64,000 nt of DNA from Treponema sp. (GTDB lineage: Bacteria; Spirochaetota; Spirochaetia; Treponematales; Treponemataceae): the NCBI GenBank assembly GCA_045627025.1, contig JAZQMW010000019.1, positions 3,047-67,046 on the forward strand, written 5' to 3'. Both the position numbers and the translations under genes were made by a program. The notes beneath the pieces are model-generated. The model was given only the letters and a program-made list of their open reading frames with translations. It was not told where the DNA came from and ran no database searches. Below are positions 11,299 through 21,014 of the stretch, piece after piece. Positions within the stretch are counted from its first letter, which is position 1, and every line of letters begins with the position of its first letter.

Positions 11299-12669
11299 CT
11301 ATACCGCATATTCAAGAGGTAACTCTTTGCTTACAGGATTTGCAAATCCAGAAACTATCATGGCACGGGCTTCTTCCTCACTTATTCCCCTGCTCATCAG
11401 ATAAAAGATGGCCTTGTTGGAAATGCGACCGATTTTTGCCTCGTGTCCGATGTCACAGTCATCAGTCATTATGTCCATTGCAGGTACGGTATCGGAAACG
11501 CTCTTGTCATCAAGCATGAGGCTTGAGCAGTCAACGCTTGCCTTCGCACCTTTTGCACTCCTGTTCACGACAATTGCGCTTCTGTAAGTGCACTTTCCGC
11601 CACTTTTGGAAATGGATTTCGTATTTATGACGGTCGACGTATTCTTTCCGATGTGGACAATCTTTGCTCCAGTGTCAAGATCCTGCCCTTCACCTGCAAA
11701 AGTTATTCCCGTAAATTCACAAGTGGCATTGTCACCTTTTAGGATGGTCATTGGATAAAGATAGCTTATGTGGCTTCCAAAGCTTCCTGAAACCCATTCC
11801 ATGCGTCCGTTTTCCTCTACGACTGCACGTTTCGTATTCAGGTTGTACATGTTTTTTGACCAGTTCTCAATCGTCGAATAGCGAAGACGTGCATTTTTCT
11901 TGACATAAAGCTCAACACATCCAGCATGAAGGTTTGCAACATTATATTTCGGTGCAGAACAACCTTCGATAAAATGGAGGTCGGCACCTTCGTCAACGAT
12001 TATGAGGGTATGCTCAAACTGACCGGCACCTGCGGCATTCAGCCTGAAATACGACTGGAGAGGAATGCTTACCTTTACGTTCTTCGGAACATACACGAAA
12101 CTTCCACCGGACCACACGGCACCATGGAGGGCCGCAAACTTATGGTCGGTTGGAGGAACAAGATGCATGAAATATTCCTTTACCATCGGTCCCCACTCTT
12201 CGCTCTTCAATGCACTTTCAAAATCCGTATATATCACGCCCTGCTTTGCAACTTCATCTATAACGTTATGATAGACAACTTCACTGTCATACTGCGCTCC
12301 GACTCCAGCAAGACTTGATCTTTCGGCCTCCGGTATTCCAAGCTTTTCAAACGTGTTCTTTATGTCTTCGGGAACATCCTCCCACTTTTGGGCCATGTCA
12401 GTCTTTGCCTTTACATAGGTGACGATTTTCTGTATGTCGAGATCCCGGATGTCAGGTCCCCACTCAGGCTCCCTGATGCTGTTGAAAAGATGAAGGCTCT
12501 TTTTTCTGAATTCCTTCATCCATTCAGGATCGTTTTTTTCAGCGCTGAGCTTTTCCACGACAGAATCATCAAGACCTGCCCGTATCTTATAGAAATCCTC
12601 ATCCTTTTCCTCATAGCGAAAATCATAGAGGTTTCTGTTTATGTCATTTACAACTGTCTTTTCCGCCAT
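11299..12669 (-). CDS. sufB: Fe-S assembly protein SufB; ends at an in-frame TAG 14 codons before the apparent natural stop (11257)
   Basis: AGVGAQYDSE, AVWSGGSF, GQFEHTLII, YLMSRGISEEEA, ELPLEYAV*. Confidence 0.93.
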   Translation of the reverse strand: MAEKTVVNDINRNLYDFRYEEKDEDFYKIRAGLDDSVVEKLSAEKNDPEWMKEFRKKSLHLFNSIREPEWGPDIRDLDIQKIVTYVKAKTDMAQKWEDVPEDIKNTFEKLGIPEAERSSLAGVGAQYDSEVVYHNVIDEVAKQGVIYTDFESALKSEEWGPMVKEYFMHLVPPTDHKFAALHGAVWSGGSFVYVPKNVKVSIPLQSYFRLNAAGAGQFEHTLIIVDEGADLHFIEGCSAPKYNVANLHAGCVELYVKKNARLRYSTIENWSKNMYNLNTKRAVVEENGRMEWVSGSFGSHISYLYPMTILKGDNATCEFTGITFAGEGQDLDTGAKIVHIGKNTSTVINTKSISKSGGKCTYRSAIVVNRSAKGAKASVDCSSLMLDDKSVSDTVPAMDIMTDDCDIGHEAKIGRISNKAIFYLMSRGISEEEARAMIVSGFANPVSKELPLEYAV

Positions 12670-13505
12670 CAAAGTAACCCGCCGTTTGCAGCATTCATCT
12701 TAACAGCATCCATTGCAGCCTTTGCGGCCAAGGCAAGCTTTTCCTTTCTCTCGGCATCCTTTATTTCCTGAGGAATGAACTGGTCAAAACCATTGTCGTT
12801 TATGTCATTTACAAGAGAGCCGTCACCAGAGTGCACAAGATTTCCCTTAACCATGATGTGCGCATAATCAACATCAAGACTTTCAAGAATTCTCGTGGAA
12901 TGCGTTATGATGAGGAGAGAACCGCCTGTCCTTTCCATATATTCCCTTATGCCGCTGCTTACAATACGGCATGCATCAACGTCAAGTCCAGAATCCGTCT
13001 CGTCAAGAATTGCAAATTTTGGCTTGAGCATCAAAAGCTGAAGTATCTCGCTTTTCTTTTTCTCACCGCCAGAAAACCCAACGTTAAGGTCTCGTTCGGC
13101 ATAGCTGTGGTTCATCTTGAGTATGTCCATTGATTTTTCAAGATCCTTGGCAAACTGCATGAGCTTTACCTTCTGGCCCGTAACCTGCTGGATGCTTGAA
13201 CGTATGAAACTTTCAAGAGAAACACCCGGAACTTCAAGAGGTTCCTGAAAGCTCAAGAACATGCCTTCCTTCGCACGTTTGTCAGCAGAAAAATCAGTTA
13301 TGTCCTTTCCGTTAAAAAAAATTTTTCCATCGGTAATCTTATATTCAGGACTTCCCATCAGCGTAAATCCCAAAGTCGATTTTCCGGCACCGTTTGGACC
13401 CATGAGTACATGAGTCTCACCTGGATTTATCTCAAGGTTAATGTTTTTCAATATCGTTTTTTCGCCTACGCAGGCACAAAGATTCTTTATTTCTACAAGA
13501 GCCAT
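12669..13505 (-). CDS. sufC: Fe-S assembly ATPase SufC
   Basis: MGPNGAGKST, GFSGGEKKKSE, ILDETDSGLDVD. Confidence 0.95.
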   Translation of the reverse strand: MALVEIKNLCACVGEKTILKNINLEINPGETHVLMGPNGAGKSTLGFTLMGSPEYKITDGKIFFNGKDITDFSADKRAKEGMFLSFQEPLEVPGVSLESFIRSSIQQVTGQKVKLMQFAKDLEKSMDILKMNHSYAERDLNVGFSGGEKKKSEILQLLMLKPKFAILDETDSGLDVDACRIVSSGIREYMERTGGSLLIITHSTRILESLDVDYAHIMVKGNLVHSGDGSLVNDINDNGFDQFIPQEIKDAERKEKLALAAKAAMDAVKMNAANGGLL

Positions 13506-13584
13506 ATTTTCCCCTTAAAACACATACTGCAAAAAAGAACTGAGCCAATCGGTTTTGCAAAACAGACCGGCAATTCCTTAACGG

Positions 13585-13613
13585 ATTATACAGTTTTTAT
13601 GAAATGTTTACAA
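13585..13613 (-). promoter_or_regulatory. Sigma70 promoter of the suf operon
   Basis: Minus strand TTGTAA-N17-TATAAT. Confidence 0.75.
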
Positions 13614-13851
13614 GATAGACATAAAATACTGAAAGACGCCACATACTGCAAAAAAGACATCCGGATTGCAATCATGAAAAAAAACGACTTCTTTCGAAAC
13701 ACAATGGCGGCATCAAAAAAGGTAAAAAAATTACAAAATAAAAAAGGATTCATGAGGAAACACAGATTTTCAAAAACGCAGCACAAGCAGGAAAAGACAT
13801 CAAAAACACGGATTTTACCATGTCATGAAAAATTCAGGCACCAAATCTCAT

Positions 13852-14307
13852 TCACTGCCTGATTTTATTGACTTCCTCGATGAATTCCTCAAGGTTGTTG
13901 AACTTTTTGTAAACGCTTGCAAAACGGATATACGCAACCTTGTCCACTTCATGAAGCCTCTTAAGGACAAGTTCACCAAGCTCCTGAGTGGATATCTCCC
14001 TCGACTGCTTTCCAAGCGTATATGCCTGGTCTTCAATTTCTGCGACAATCTGCTCTTTAAGGCCTGTCTGCACGGGACGCTTTTCAAGAGCCCTTTCTAT
14101 TCCCCTCGAAATCTTTTCAATGTCAAAGGGCTGCCTTCTGCCATCATGCTTTATGACCATAAACGGGCATTCCTCTATGCGCTCATAGCTTGTAAATCTT
14201 TTTCCGCAAGAAAGGCATTCACGACGCCTTCTTATGCTTTCTCCGTTCGACATTGTCCTTGACTCTATAACCTTATCGTCAAATGATCCGCAAAATGGAC
14301 ACCTCAT
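13852..14307 (-). CDS. nrdR: Transcriptional repressor NrdR
   Basis: MRCPFC...RRRRECLSCGKRFTSYE, ATP-cone, VAYIRFASVY. Confidence 0.96.
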   Translation of the reverse strand: MRCPFCGSFDDKVIESRTMSNGESIRRRRECLSCGKRFTSYERIEECPFMVIKHDGRRQPFDIEKISRGIERALEKRPVQTGLKEQIVAEIEDQAYTLGKQSREISTQELGELVLKRLHEVDKVAYIRFASVYKKFNNLEEFIEEVNKIRQ

Positions 14308-14453
14308 GGTCTGCTCCTGTAAAACTTATATGAAATGCCTTAAAAATGCAGTTTTCAAGGCAAAAAGCAAGAATCCCCCTATCAGCATTTTGGGGGATTT
14401 TCACAGATGCACCCGAAACGCAATCGAAACGCAAAAGCCGGGTGCAGATTTCA

Positions 14454-16493
14454 TCAGTTAGCCTTTATCTGAAAATGACTGAACGTCATGCCGAAACTTG
14501 CCCTACCCTGAGTAACAGAACGAAGGCTTGTGGTAAAGCCAAACATCTTTGCCATCGGTGCCTGTGCATGAACAATGCTTCCACCAGACTTGTCATCCAT
14601 GCTCTGTATGATGCCGCCACGCTGCGTAATCTGACTCATGGCATCTCCAACAAACTCTGCAGGGCTTTCAATGTCGACATTCATCACAGGCTCAAGAAGC
14701 TCTGGATTTGCAAGGTTACAAGCCTTGTCAAAAGCTTCAGCGGCAGCAGCCGTAAATGCAAACGGAGTTGACGTAAGCTCATCATATTTAATGTCCGTAA
14801 GCGTCACGAGAATATCCGCACAAGGATAACCCATCCTGATTCCGCCTCCAAAACATGCCTCAATGGAATTCTTCACCGCATCATAAATTTCTTCAGGTAT
14901 GAAATTGTCACGCACGTCACAAGCATAAAGATTTCCCTCTCCAGTCTCCCGAGGAGAAACCTTGAGCGTAAGGCAAGCTGCATTTTCCTTTCCAGCAACG
15001 ACACGGCTGTACTCTTCCTTATAAGACGCCTCGGAAGTAACGGACTCCCTGTATGTAACCTGAGGATTTCCAACACGGCACGCAACCTTGAAATCTTCAC
15101 GTATGCGAGTCACAAGAACGTCAAGATGAAGTTCTCCCATTCCGCTTATGACAAGCTGTCCAGTCTCGTCATCATTCTTATGCATAAAAGTCGGATCCTC
15201 ACGGCTAAGTATCTCAAGAGTCTCGTTCAGCTTGTCGCTGTCACTCATTGTCTCAGGTTCAAGAGCCACTGATATTACAGGCTCAGGAAACCTCACGCTT
15301 TCAAGAAGCACAGGAAATCCTTCCGAACCAAGAGTATCTCCAGTCTGTGCAAGTTTTGGACCTACAAAAACGGCTATGTCACCCGCCTCAACAGAATCCA
15401 TCTGCTCCATGCGGTTTGCATTGACCCTCAAAATCCTGTTTACCCTCTCACGCTTTTTCTTCGCAACGTTGTAAACCTGGGAACCAGAATTTATCTTTCC
15501 GGAATACATCCTGACAAAGCAAAGCGCACCGGCTTCCCTGTCATACTGAATCTTGAAAACAAGGCCAGAAGGAAACTTTGCATTCGGATCGCACGGAACT
15601 GATACAGGAAGCTCTTCATTTTTCTTTATCTGCATTCCGGATGCATCAGGAATGTCAGTCGGACACGGAAGATAGTCTATGATGGCATCCACCAACGGCT
15701 GTACACCTTGATTGTGGCGGCTTGAACCGCAAAGAAACGGCAGAAGCTTTCTGGAAATAGTAGCTTTTCTGAGCGCAAGTTTAAGTTTTTCTTCAGAAAT
15801 TTCAACACCCTCAAGATAAAGCTCTCCAAGCTCATCATCAGAAGACGCAATTGCATCGACAAGCTTTTCCCTGTATTCGGCAGCCAAATCCCTGTATTCA
15901 TCACTGATGTCGCTCTCAATGATTTTTTCACCGTCAGACTCAGGATCGAAACGAAGTTCCTTCATCTTGAAAAGGTCTATGATTCCCTCAAATTCGGCAC
16001 CAGCTCCGATAGGAACCTGCAGGGCAACGCACTCGACGTTGAATTTCTCGTGAACATCCTTGATGGCCTCGAAAAAATCTGCACCTACACGATCCATCTT
16101 GTTGATGAAGCATATGCGGGGAACATTGAATTCATCAGCCTGACGCCATACGGTCTCGGTCTGAGGCTGAACATGGCCAACCGCACAAATGACGGCAACA
16201 GCTCCATCAAGGACGCGAAGAGATCGCTCAACTTCCGCAGTAAAGTCCACATGACCCGGTGTGTCTATGATATTGATTTTGTAACCTTTCCATTCTGTCG
16301 TGATTGCGGCAGAAGCAATCGTTATTCCGCGATCCTGCTCCTGCTTCATGAAATCCATTGTCGCAGCACCGTCATCAATCTCGCCAATCTTGTGAATTTT
16401 TCCGCTATAATAAAGAATACGTTCTGTTGTAGTTGTTTTTCCGGCATCAATATGGGCCATGATGCCTATGTTTCTCATTTTTTCCAAAGACAT
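14454..16493 (-). CDS. fusA: Elongation factor G, spirochaete EF-G2-type paralogue
   Basis: AHIDAGKTTTTE, RGITI, DTPGHVDF, NKMD, GMGELHL; divergent domain IV; not in the str operon. Confidence 0.92.
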   Translation of the reverse strand: MSLEKMRNIGIMAHIDAGKTTTTERILYYSGKIHKIGEIDDGAATMDFMKQEQDRGITIASAAITTEWKGYKINIIDTPGHVDFTAEVERSLRVLDGAVAVICAVGHVQPQTETVWRQADEFNVPRICFINKMDRVGADFFEAIKDVHEKFNVECVALQVPIGAGAEFEGIIDLFKMKELRFDPESDGEKIIESDISDEYRDLAAEYREKLVDAIASSDDELGELYLEGVEISEEKLKLALRKATISRKLLPFLCGSSRHNQGVQPLVDAIIDYLPCPTDIPDASGMQIKKNEELPVSVPCDPNAKFPSGLVFKIQYDREAGALCFVRMYSGKINSGSQVYNVAKKKRERVNRILRVNANRMEQMDSVEAGDIAVFVGPKLAQTGDTLGSEGFPVLLESVRFPEPVISVALEPETMSDSDKLNETLEILSREDPTFMHKNDDETGQLVISGMGELHLDVLVTRIREDFKVACRVGNPQVTYRESVTSEASYKEEYSRVVAGKENAACLTLKVSPRETGEGNLYACDVRDNFIPEEIYDAVKNSIEACFGGGIRMGYPCADILVTLTDIKYDELTSTPFAFTAAAAEAFDKACNLANPELLEPVMNVDIESPAEFVGDAMSQITQRGGIIQSMDDKSGGSIVHAQAPMAKMFGFTTSLRSVTQGRASFGMTFSHFQIKAN

Positions 16494-16855
16494 AATTTTC
16501 TCACCATAAAATAAAGTGCAGACATTATGTCATAAAAGTGTTTTTTTATCAATTGTATGCACTGAATTTTGATGTACTTTCAGAAAAAAAACATGACACT
16601 CATTTCAGGTTCATCTTGAAAATTAATTCAGAAAAACAAAAATCATAACGAACGCCATCACGAAGGCTAAAAAAATCCTGCAGGATGGATAAAACCGCAC
16701 CATAAACAGACACCATTTCCCCTGCCCCAAAGACATCATGCAAAACAAAAAGTCGAAAACCGCATTTTTTTTGAACGAAACATGAAAACAGATTCCCAGA
16801 TTTAAGGAATATTTCATGAAAAAAAATTCAATAAATGAAACCTGAGACCATATCT

Positions 16856-16928
16856 TCTGCATGAAAATACATCAAAAATGCATAAATATGCAAAAAAACT
16901 TGACAAAATTACATAATTGTCGTATTTT
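16856..16928 (+). promoter_or_regulatory. Tandem ARG boxes and sigma70 promoter of argF
   Basis: TCTGCATGAAAATACATC-N3-AATGCATAAATATGCAAA, followed by TTGACA(16900)-N17-TATTTT. Confidence 0.8.
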
Positions 16929-17123
16929 TGTTGAATAAGAAAGTTCAGGGGCTTGATTTTTAAAATTCCCTGATTTCAAGGAAAACCTGAAAAGGCACAA
17001 GATTTGCTTTTTTTTTAGGTTTCAGCATGATTTTTAGGAATTCCTGGAAAAATTTCAGCATTCCGCACAGCCTCCAAAACATGACATTACGGAGGTAGAT
17101 TTCATTTTTTTGGGAGCACATTT

Positions 17124-18077
17124 ATGGAAGTAGAAAAATTCGACAGCCCGTTCAAGGGAAGAAGCCTTTTAAACTGGATCGACTGGAAAAAAGAAGAGAT
17201 CGAACAGATTCTGGAATACGCATTTCTTGTAAAAAAACAGTCACATGCAGGAGAAGTGCACCAGCGTTTCCTCGGAAAGTCAATAGCGCTGATTTTTGAA
17301 AAAAGATCGACAAGGACACGTTCGTCATTCGAAACTGCATTCGGAGAAGAAGGCGGTCATCCGGTATTCATGAGCACAGACGACATCCAGCTCGGAGCAA
17401 AGGAAAGCATACAGGACACAGCAAGAGTTTTCGGCAGAATGTTCAACGCCATCGAATTCAGGGGATTCAAGCAGTCTGACGTGGAGGCACTTGCAAAATA
17501 TTCTGGAATTCCTGTAATAAACGGCCTTACCGACGATTTCCACCCGACCCAGGTTCTTGCCGACATAATGACGCTCAAAGAGACATTCGGAACATTAAAG
17601 GGCCTTACGCTCTGTTTCTGCGGTGACGGAAGGAACAACATGGCGAGGTCCCTCATGCTGATATGCTCAAAGTTCGGAATAAACTTCAGCGTATACTGTC
17701 CAAAATCACTTCAGCCTGATCAGAAAATAATAGACATATGTATGCCATTTGCAAAAGAGACAGGTGCAAGAATTTGCATTTCTGATGAAATTTCGGTTGT
17801 CAAAAACGCAGATTGCATTTATACTGATGTATGGGTTTCAATGGGTGAAGAAGCGTTAAAGGATGAGCGCACAAAACTACTTCAGCCATATCAAGTGAAC
17901 AAAGCTCTTATGGATGCGACTGGCAAGCCTAATACCATACTTTTGCATTGTCTCCCTGCCGTAAAAGGACAGGAAGTCACGGAAGATGTCTTTGAAAGTA
18001 GCGCAAGTAAAGTATGGGATGAGGCAGAAAACAGAAAGCATACCATAAAGGCAATAATGCTGGCACTTGTAAAATAA
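17124..18077 (+). CDS. argF: Ornithine carbamoyltransferase
   Basis: STRT, HPTQ, DVWVSMG, HCLP, AENR motifs. Confidence 0.95.
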   Translation: MEVEKFDSPFKGRSLLNWIDWKKEEIEQILEYAFLVKKQSHAGEVHQRFLGKSIALIFEKRSTRTRSSFETAFGEEGGHPVFMSTDDIQLGAKESIQDTARVFGRMFNAIEFRGFKQSDVEALAKYSGIPVINGLTDDFHPTQVLADIMTLKETFGTLKGLTLCFCGDGRNNMARSLMLICSKFGINFSVYCPKSLQPDQKIIDICMPFAKETGARICISDEISVVKNADCIYTDVWVSMGEEALKDERTKLLQPYQVNKALMDATGKPNTILLHCLPAVKGQEVTEDVFESSASKVWDEAENRKHTIKAIMLALVK

Positions 18078-18097
18078 CAAATCCAAGGAAGGTATAC

Positions 18098-18535
18098 ATG
18101 AAAAAAATTTGTTTGATTCTCGCTTTGGCTTGTGTAACACTTTTTCCGTCAGTTGCTCAAGATAACACTGCAAAAAAGGCCGCATGGGATCACGGTGACA
18201 ATGTCTCAAGTCTCACATACCAGACTGTAAGCGTATACAAGATTTATGACACAAAGGATGCATACGTCGTATTGTATGAAATGCAGGGACTGAAGATGGG
18301 ACAGGCTGTACTTCCTAAAAAATGGACAGAAAATACGAACAACGCAAGAAAGATGCTGTTCAGGGATTCTCCAAAAGGTCTCAATCCTTACATGACAGTC
18401 ATCAAGCAGGACGGCAACTTCCTTAAGGTTTGGCTTACAATTCCATCAGACAGAAAACATGCCGTATGGGGAGTATACCCAAGCGGAACTCCTGTTGAAG
18501 GAACAGATGCAGAATCTTTGGAATTAAAGCTGTAA
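18098..18535 (+). CDS. Hypothetical secreted protein
   Basis: Signal peptide MKKICLILALACVTLFPSVA; AAGGAAGG SD. Confidence 0.8.
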   Translation: MKKICLILALACVTLFPSVAQDNTAKKAAWDHGDNVSSLTYQTVSVYKIYDTKDAYVVLYEMQGLKMGQAVLPKKWTENTNNARKMLFRDSPKGLNPYMTVIKQDGNFLKVWLTIPSDRKHAVWGVYPSGTPVEGTDAESLELKL

Positions 18536-18642
18536 GGCAAATTTGATTCTGTAAAAACTTTCAGACTCAACTCAGCTAAAAGCAACTTGGTGCATCAAAT
18601 GTGCCAAGTTAGTTTATTTTTAAACACACTTCGGAGAAATTT

Positions 18643-19626
18643 ATGATTCGCATAACAGAGGAACAGACAAAAACATTCAAAGACTTTCTGGAAAAACACG
18701 AAAGCTTCATAATCATCGGGCACAAGGAACCTGACGGAGACTGTATTTCATCATCGCTCGGAATCTCATACATAATCGAGCACACGGAAAAGCCATTCAT
18801 GCTCATAAACGCAGGACCGTTCAAGCGAAACGAGATAAAAAAATACGCGGGCCTTTTCAGGCAGGAACTGCCATTCATGACGCAGGATGAAATAAACGAG
18901 TGCGGCCTCATCATCGTTGACTGTTCGGAACTTTCAAGACTTGGAGACATAGAGGGTGACTTCAGCGCATTCGACACGTTCGTAATAGACCACCACAAGA
19001 CAGCAGACGTCCAGGGACCAAACAGAATCATAGACCCGACAAGTCCAGCCGCAGCATGCCTTGTACAGCAGCTATGCGAAAACATAATCGGAAAGCTGAC
19101 GGAAGAACAGGCAAACACGCTGTTTTTCGGAATGGCAACCGACACGGGATTTTTCAGATACCTTACGGAAAACTCGAGCGAAGTATTCCTCACGACATCA
19201 AGACTCGTTCAATCAGGCGCAAATCCGAGAAAGATTTACCAGGAAGTAACAAGCGGAAAACCATGGAACACAAGGAAACTCCTTGCAATAGTTCTCGACA
19301 GGGCACAGCGATACTGCGGGGGAAAACTCGTGGCAAGCTTCGAGACGCTGGAAGACACAAAAAGATACGGTCAGGAAGGCCGTGACACAGACGCATACTA
19401 TTCGCTAATGCTTGAGGTAGAAGGAGTAGAGGCAGTCATTTTCCTGAGGCAGGACACGGAGCACACATGCACCATAGGACTGAGGTCAAAGGACAAATGC
19501 GACGTAAGTGAAATCGCGTCAAAATTTGGAGGCGGCGGACACAAAAACGCATCAGGAGCAAGCACGGACGGCAAAATAGACACCCTGCTCCCTCAGATAT
19601 TAAAAGAATTTTCAAAAAAATTATAA
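18643..19626 (+). CDS. nrnA: DHH/DHHA1 phosphoesterase (NrnA-like oligoribonuclease/pAp phosphatase)
   Basis: HKEPDGD, IDHH, DTGFFRY, GLRSK, FGGGGHKNASG. Confidence 0.88.
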   Translation: MIRITEEQTKTFKDFLEKHESFIIIGHKEPDGDCISSSLGISYIIEHTEKPFMLINAGPFKRNEIKKYAGLFRQELPFMTQDEINECGLIIVDCSELSRLGDIEGDFSAFDTFVIDHHKTADVQGPNRIIDPTSPAAACLVQQLCENIIGKLTEEQANTLFFGMATDTGFFRYLTENSSEVFLTTSRLVQSGANPRKIYQEVTSGKPWNTRKLLAIVLDRAQRYCGGKLVASFETLEDTKRYGQEGRDTDAYYSLMLEVEGVEAVIFLRQDTEHTCTIGLRSKDKCDVSEIASKFGGGGHKNASGASTDGKIDTLLPQILKEFSKKL

Positions 19627-19633
19627 AAAACAT

Positions 19634-19661
19634 TAAAGTTTATGAATGACCATGCCGAAAT
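19634..19661 (+). promoter_or_regulatory. Sigma28 (FliA) promoter of the first flagellin
   Basis: TAAA-N16-GCCGAAAT. Confidence 0.75.
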
Positions 19662-19815
19662 AATATGTTGAAGGACTATGGATGTTCAACTTCGTATGAA
19701 GACAGCACCCAGGTCATCGCGTAAAAGATTGCAGATGTAGCCTTGTAATACAGATGTAATCTTTTACAATTGGGTCAAAAGGATTTGACCAATAAAAATC
19801 CACGGAGGAACCACT

Positions 19816-20676
19816 ATGGTCATCAACCACAACATTTCCGCAATGTTTTCAAATCGTTCATTGGGAGTAACACAGAACTCTATCCAGAAAGACATGGAGA
19901 AACTTTCTTCAGGAGCAAAGATCAACCGTGCAGGTGACGACGCATCAGGACTTGCAGTTTCTGAGAAAATGCGCAGCCAGATTCGCGGTTTGAACCAGGC
20001 TTCAAGAAATGCATCAAACGGAATCAGCTTCATCCAGGCAACAGAAGGTTACCTCGAGGAAACAACAGAAATCGTTCAGCGCATTCGTGAACTTGCAGTT
20101 CAGTCTTCAAACGGAATTTACACAGACGAAGACAGAATGCAGATTCAGGTAGAAGTTTCACAGCTCATCGCTGAAGTTGACAGAATTGCTTCAACAGCAC
20201 AGTTCAACGGCATGAACATGCTCACAGGACGTTTTGCAAAGCCTGTAGAAGGCAATGCAAGCTCAGCATCTATGTGGCTCCACATCGGTGCAAACATGGA
20301 TCAGAGAGTTCAGACTTTCATCGGTACAATGACAGCAAAGGCACTTGGTCTTAGCGATCTTGGCAATGACGAAAAGCTTACACTCGGAACACCGGAAGAT
20401 GCCAACCGTGCAATCGGAACTCTTGATGATGCATTGAAAAACATCAACAAGCAGCGTGCAGATCTTGGCGCATATCAGAACCGCCTTGAATTCGCTGTAA
20501 AGGGACTTGATACAGCTGCAGAAAACACACAGGCAAGCGAATCAAGAATCCGCGACACAGACATGGCAAGCGCTATGGTAGAATTCACAAAGAACCAGGT
20601 TCTTACACAGGCAGGAACAGCAATGCTCGCACAGGCTAACAGCCAGTCACAGAGCGTTTTGTCTTTGCTCCGCTAA
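19816..20676 (+). CDS. flaB: Flagellar filament core flagellin FlaB
   Basis: [56 protein letters not shown]. Confidence 0.96.
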   Translation: MVINHNISAMFSNRSLGVTQNSIQKDMEKLSSGAKINRAGDDASGLAVSEKMRSQIRGLNQASRNASNGISFIQATEGYLEETTEIVQRIRELAVQSSNGIYTDEDRMQIQVEVSQLIAEVDRIASTAQFNGMNMLTGRFAKPVEGNASSASMWLHIGANMDQRVQTFIGTMTAKALGLSDLGNDEKLTLGTPEDANRAIGTLDDALKNINKQRADLGAYQNRLEFAVKGLDTAAENTQASESRIRDTDMASAMVEFTKNQVLTQAGTAMLAQANSQSQSVLSLLR

Positions 20677-20691
20677 TTGTTAGGCAATAAG

Positions 20692-20724
20692 AAAAGAGGT
20701 CCACATATTTGTGGACTTCTTTTT
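20692..20724 (+). terminator. Intrinsic terminator after the first flaB
   Basis: AAAAGAGGTCCACA-loop-TGTGGACTTCTTTTT. Confidence 0.8.
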
Positions 20725-20761
20725 GCACGGGTTATTATTTTTAGCCATATTAAAAAAAAAG

Positions 20762-20790
20762 TTGCCATAACAATGTTTATGGTGTAAGAT
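20762..20790 (+). promoter_or_regulatory. Sigma70 promoter of the second flaB/flaG/fliD unit
   Basis: TTGCCA-N17-TAAGAT. Confidence 0.55.
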
Positions 20791-21014
20791 TGTATTATAC
20801 TTATATTCAATCTTGATCTTTGAAAAAGTTTTCTATGATTTGCTCTGAGACAGCATGGACAGTTATTTGAGTTTTACAAGGTAATTTGAATAACAGTTCC
20901 TGCTGTATGGTAAATTTTGGCTGAAAGGCGCAGAAAATCAGTCAAAAAAGAACAGATATACAGGCAGGCAGTAATGCATGATGCATTATGTCAAAAGAAT
21001 CATGGAGGACAAAT

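Noticed and set aside
11299-11301. Genome-wide TAG recoding or pyrrolysine
   Set aside because: TAG is the normal terminator of recO, lepB, the second flaB and others; no pyl genes in the window.
20915-20947. c-di-GMP-I riboswitch in the second flaB leader
   Set aside because: Only a GAAAGG fragment is present; the P1/P2/P3 signature is absent.
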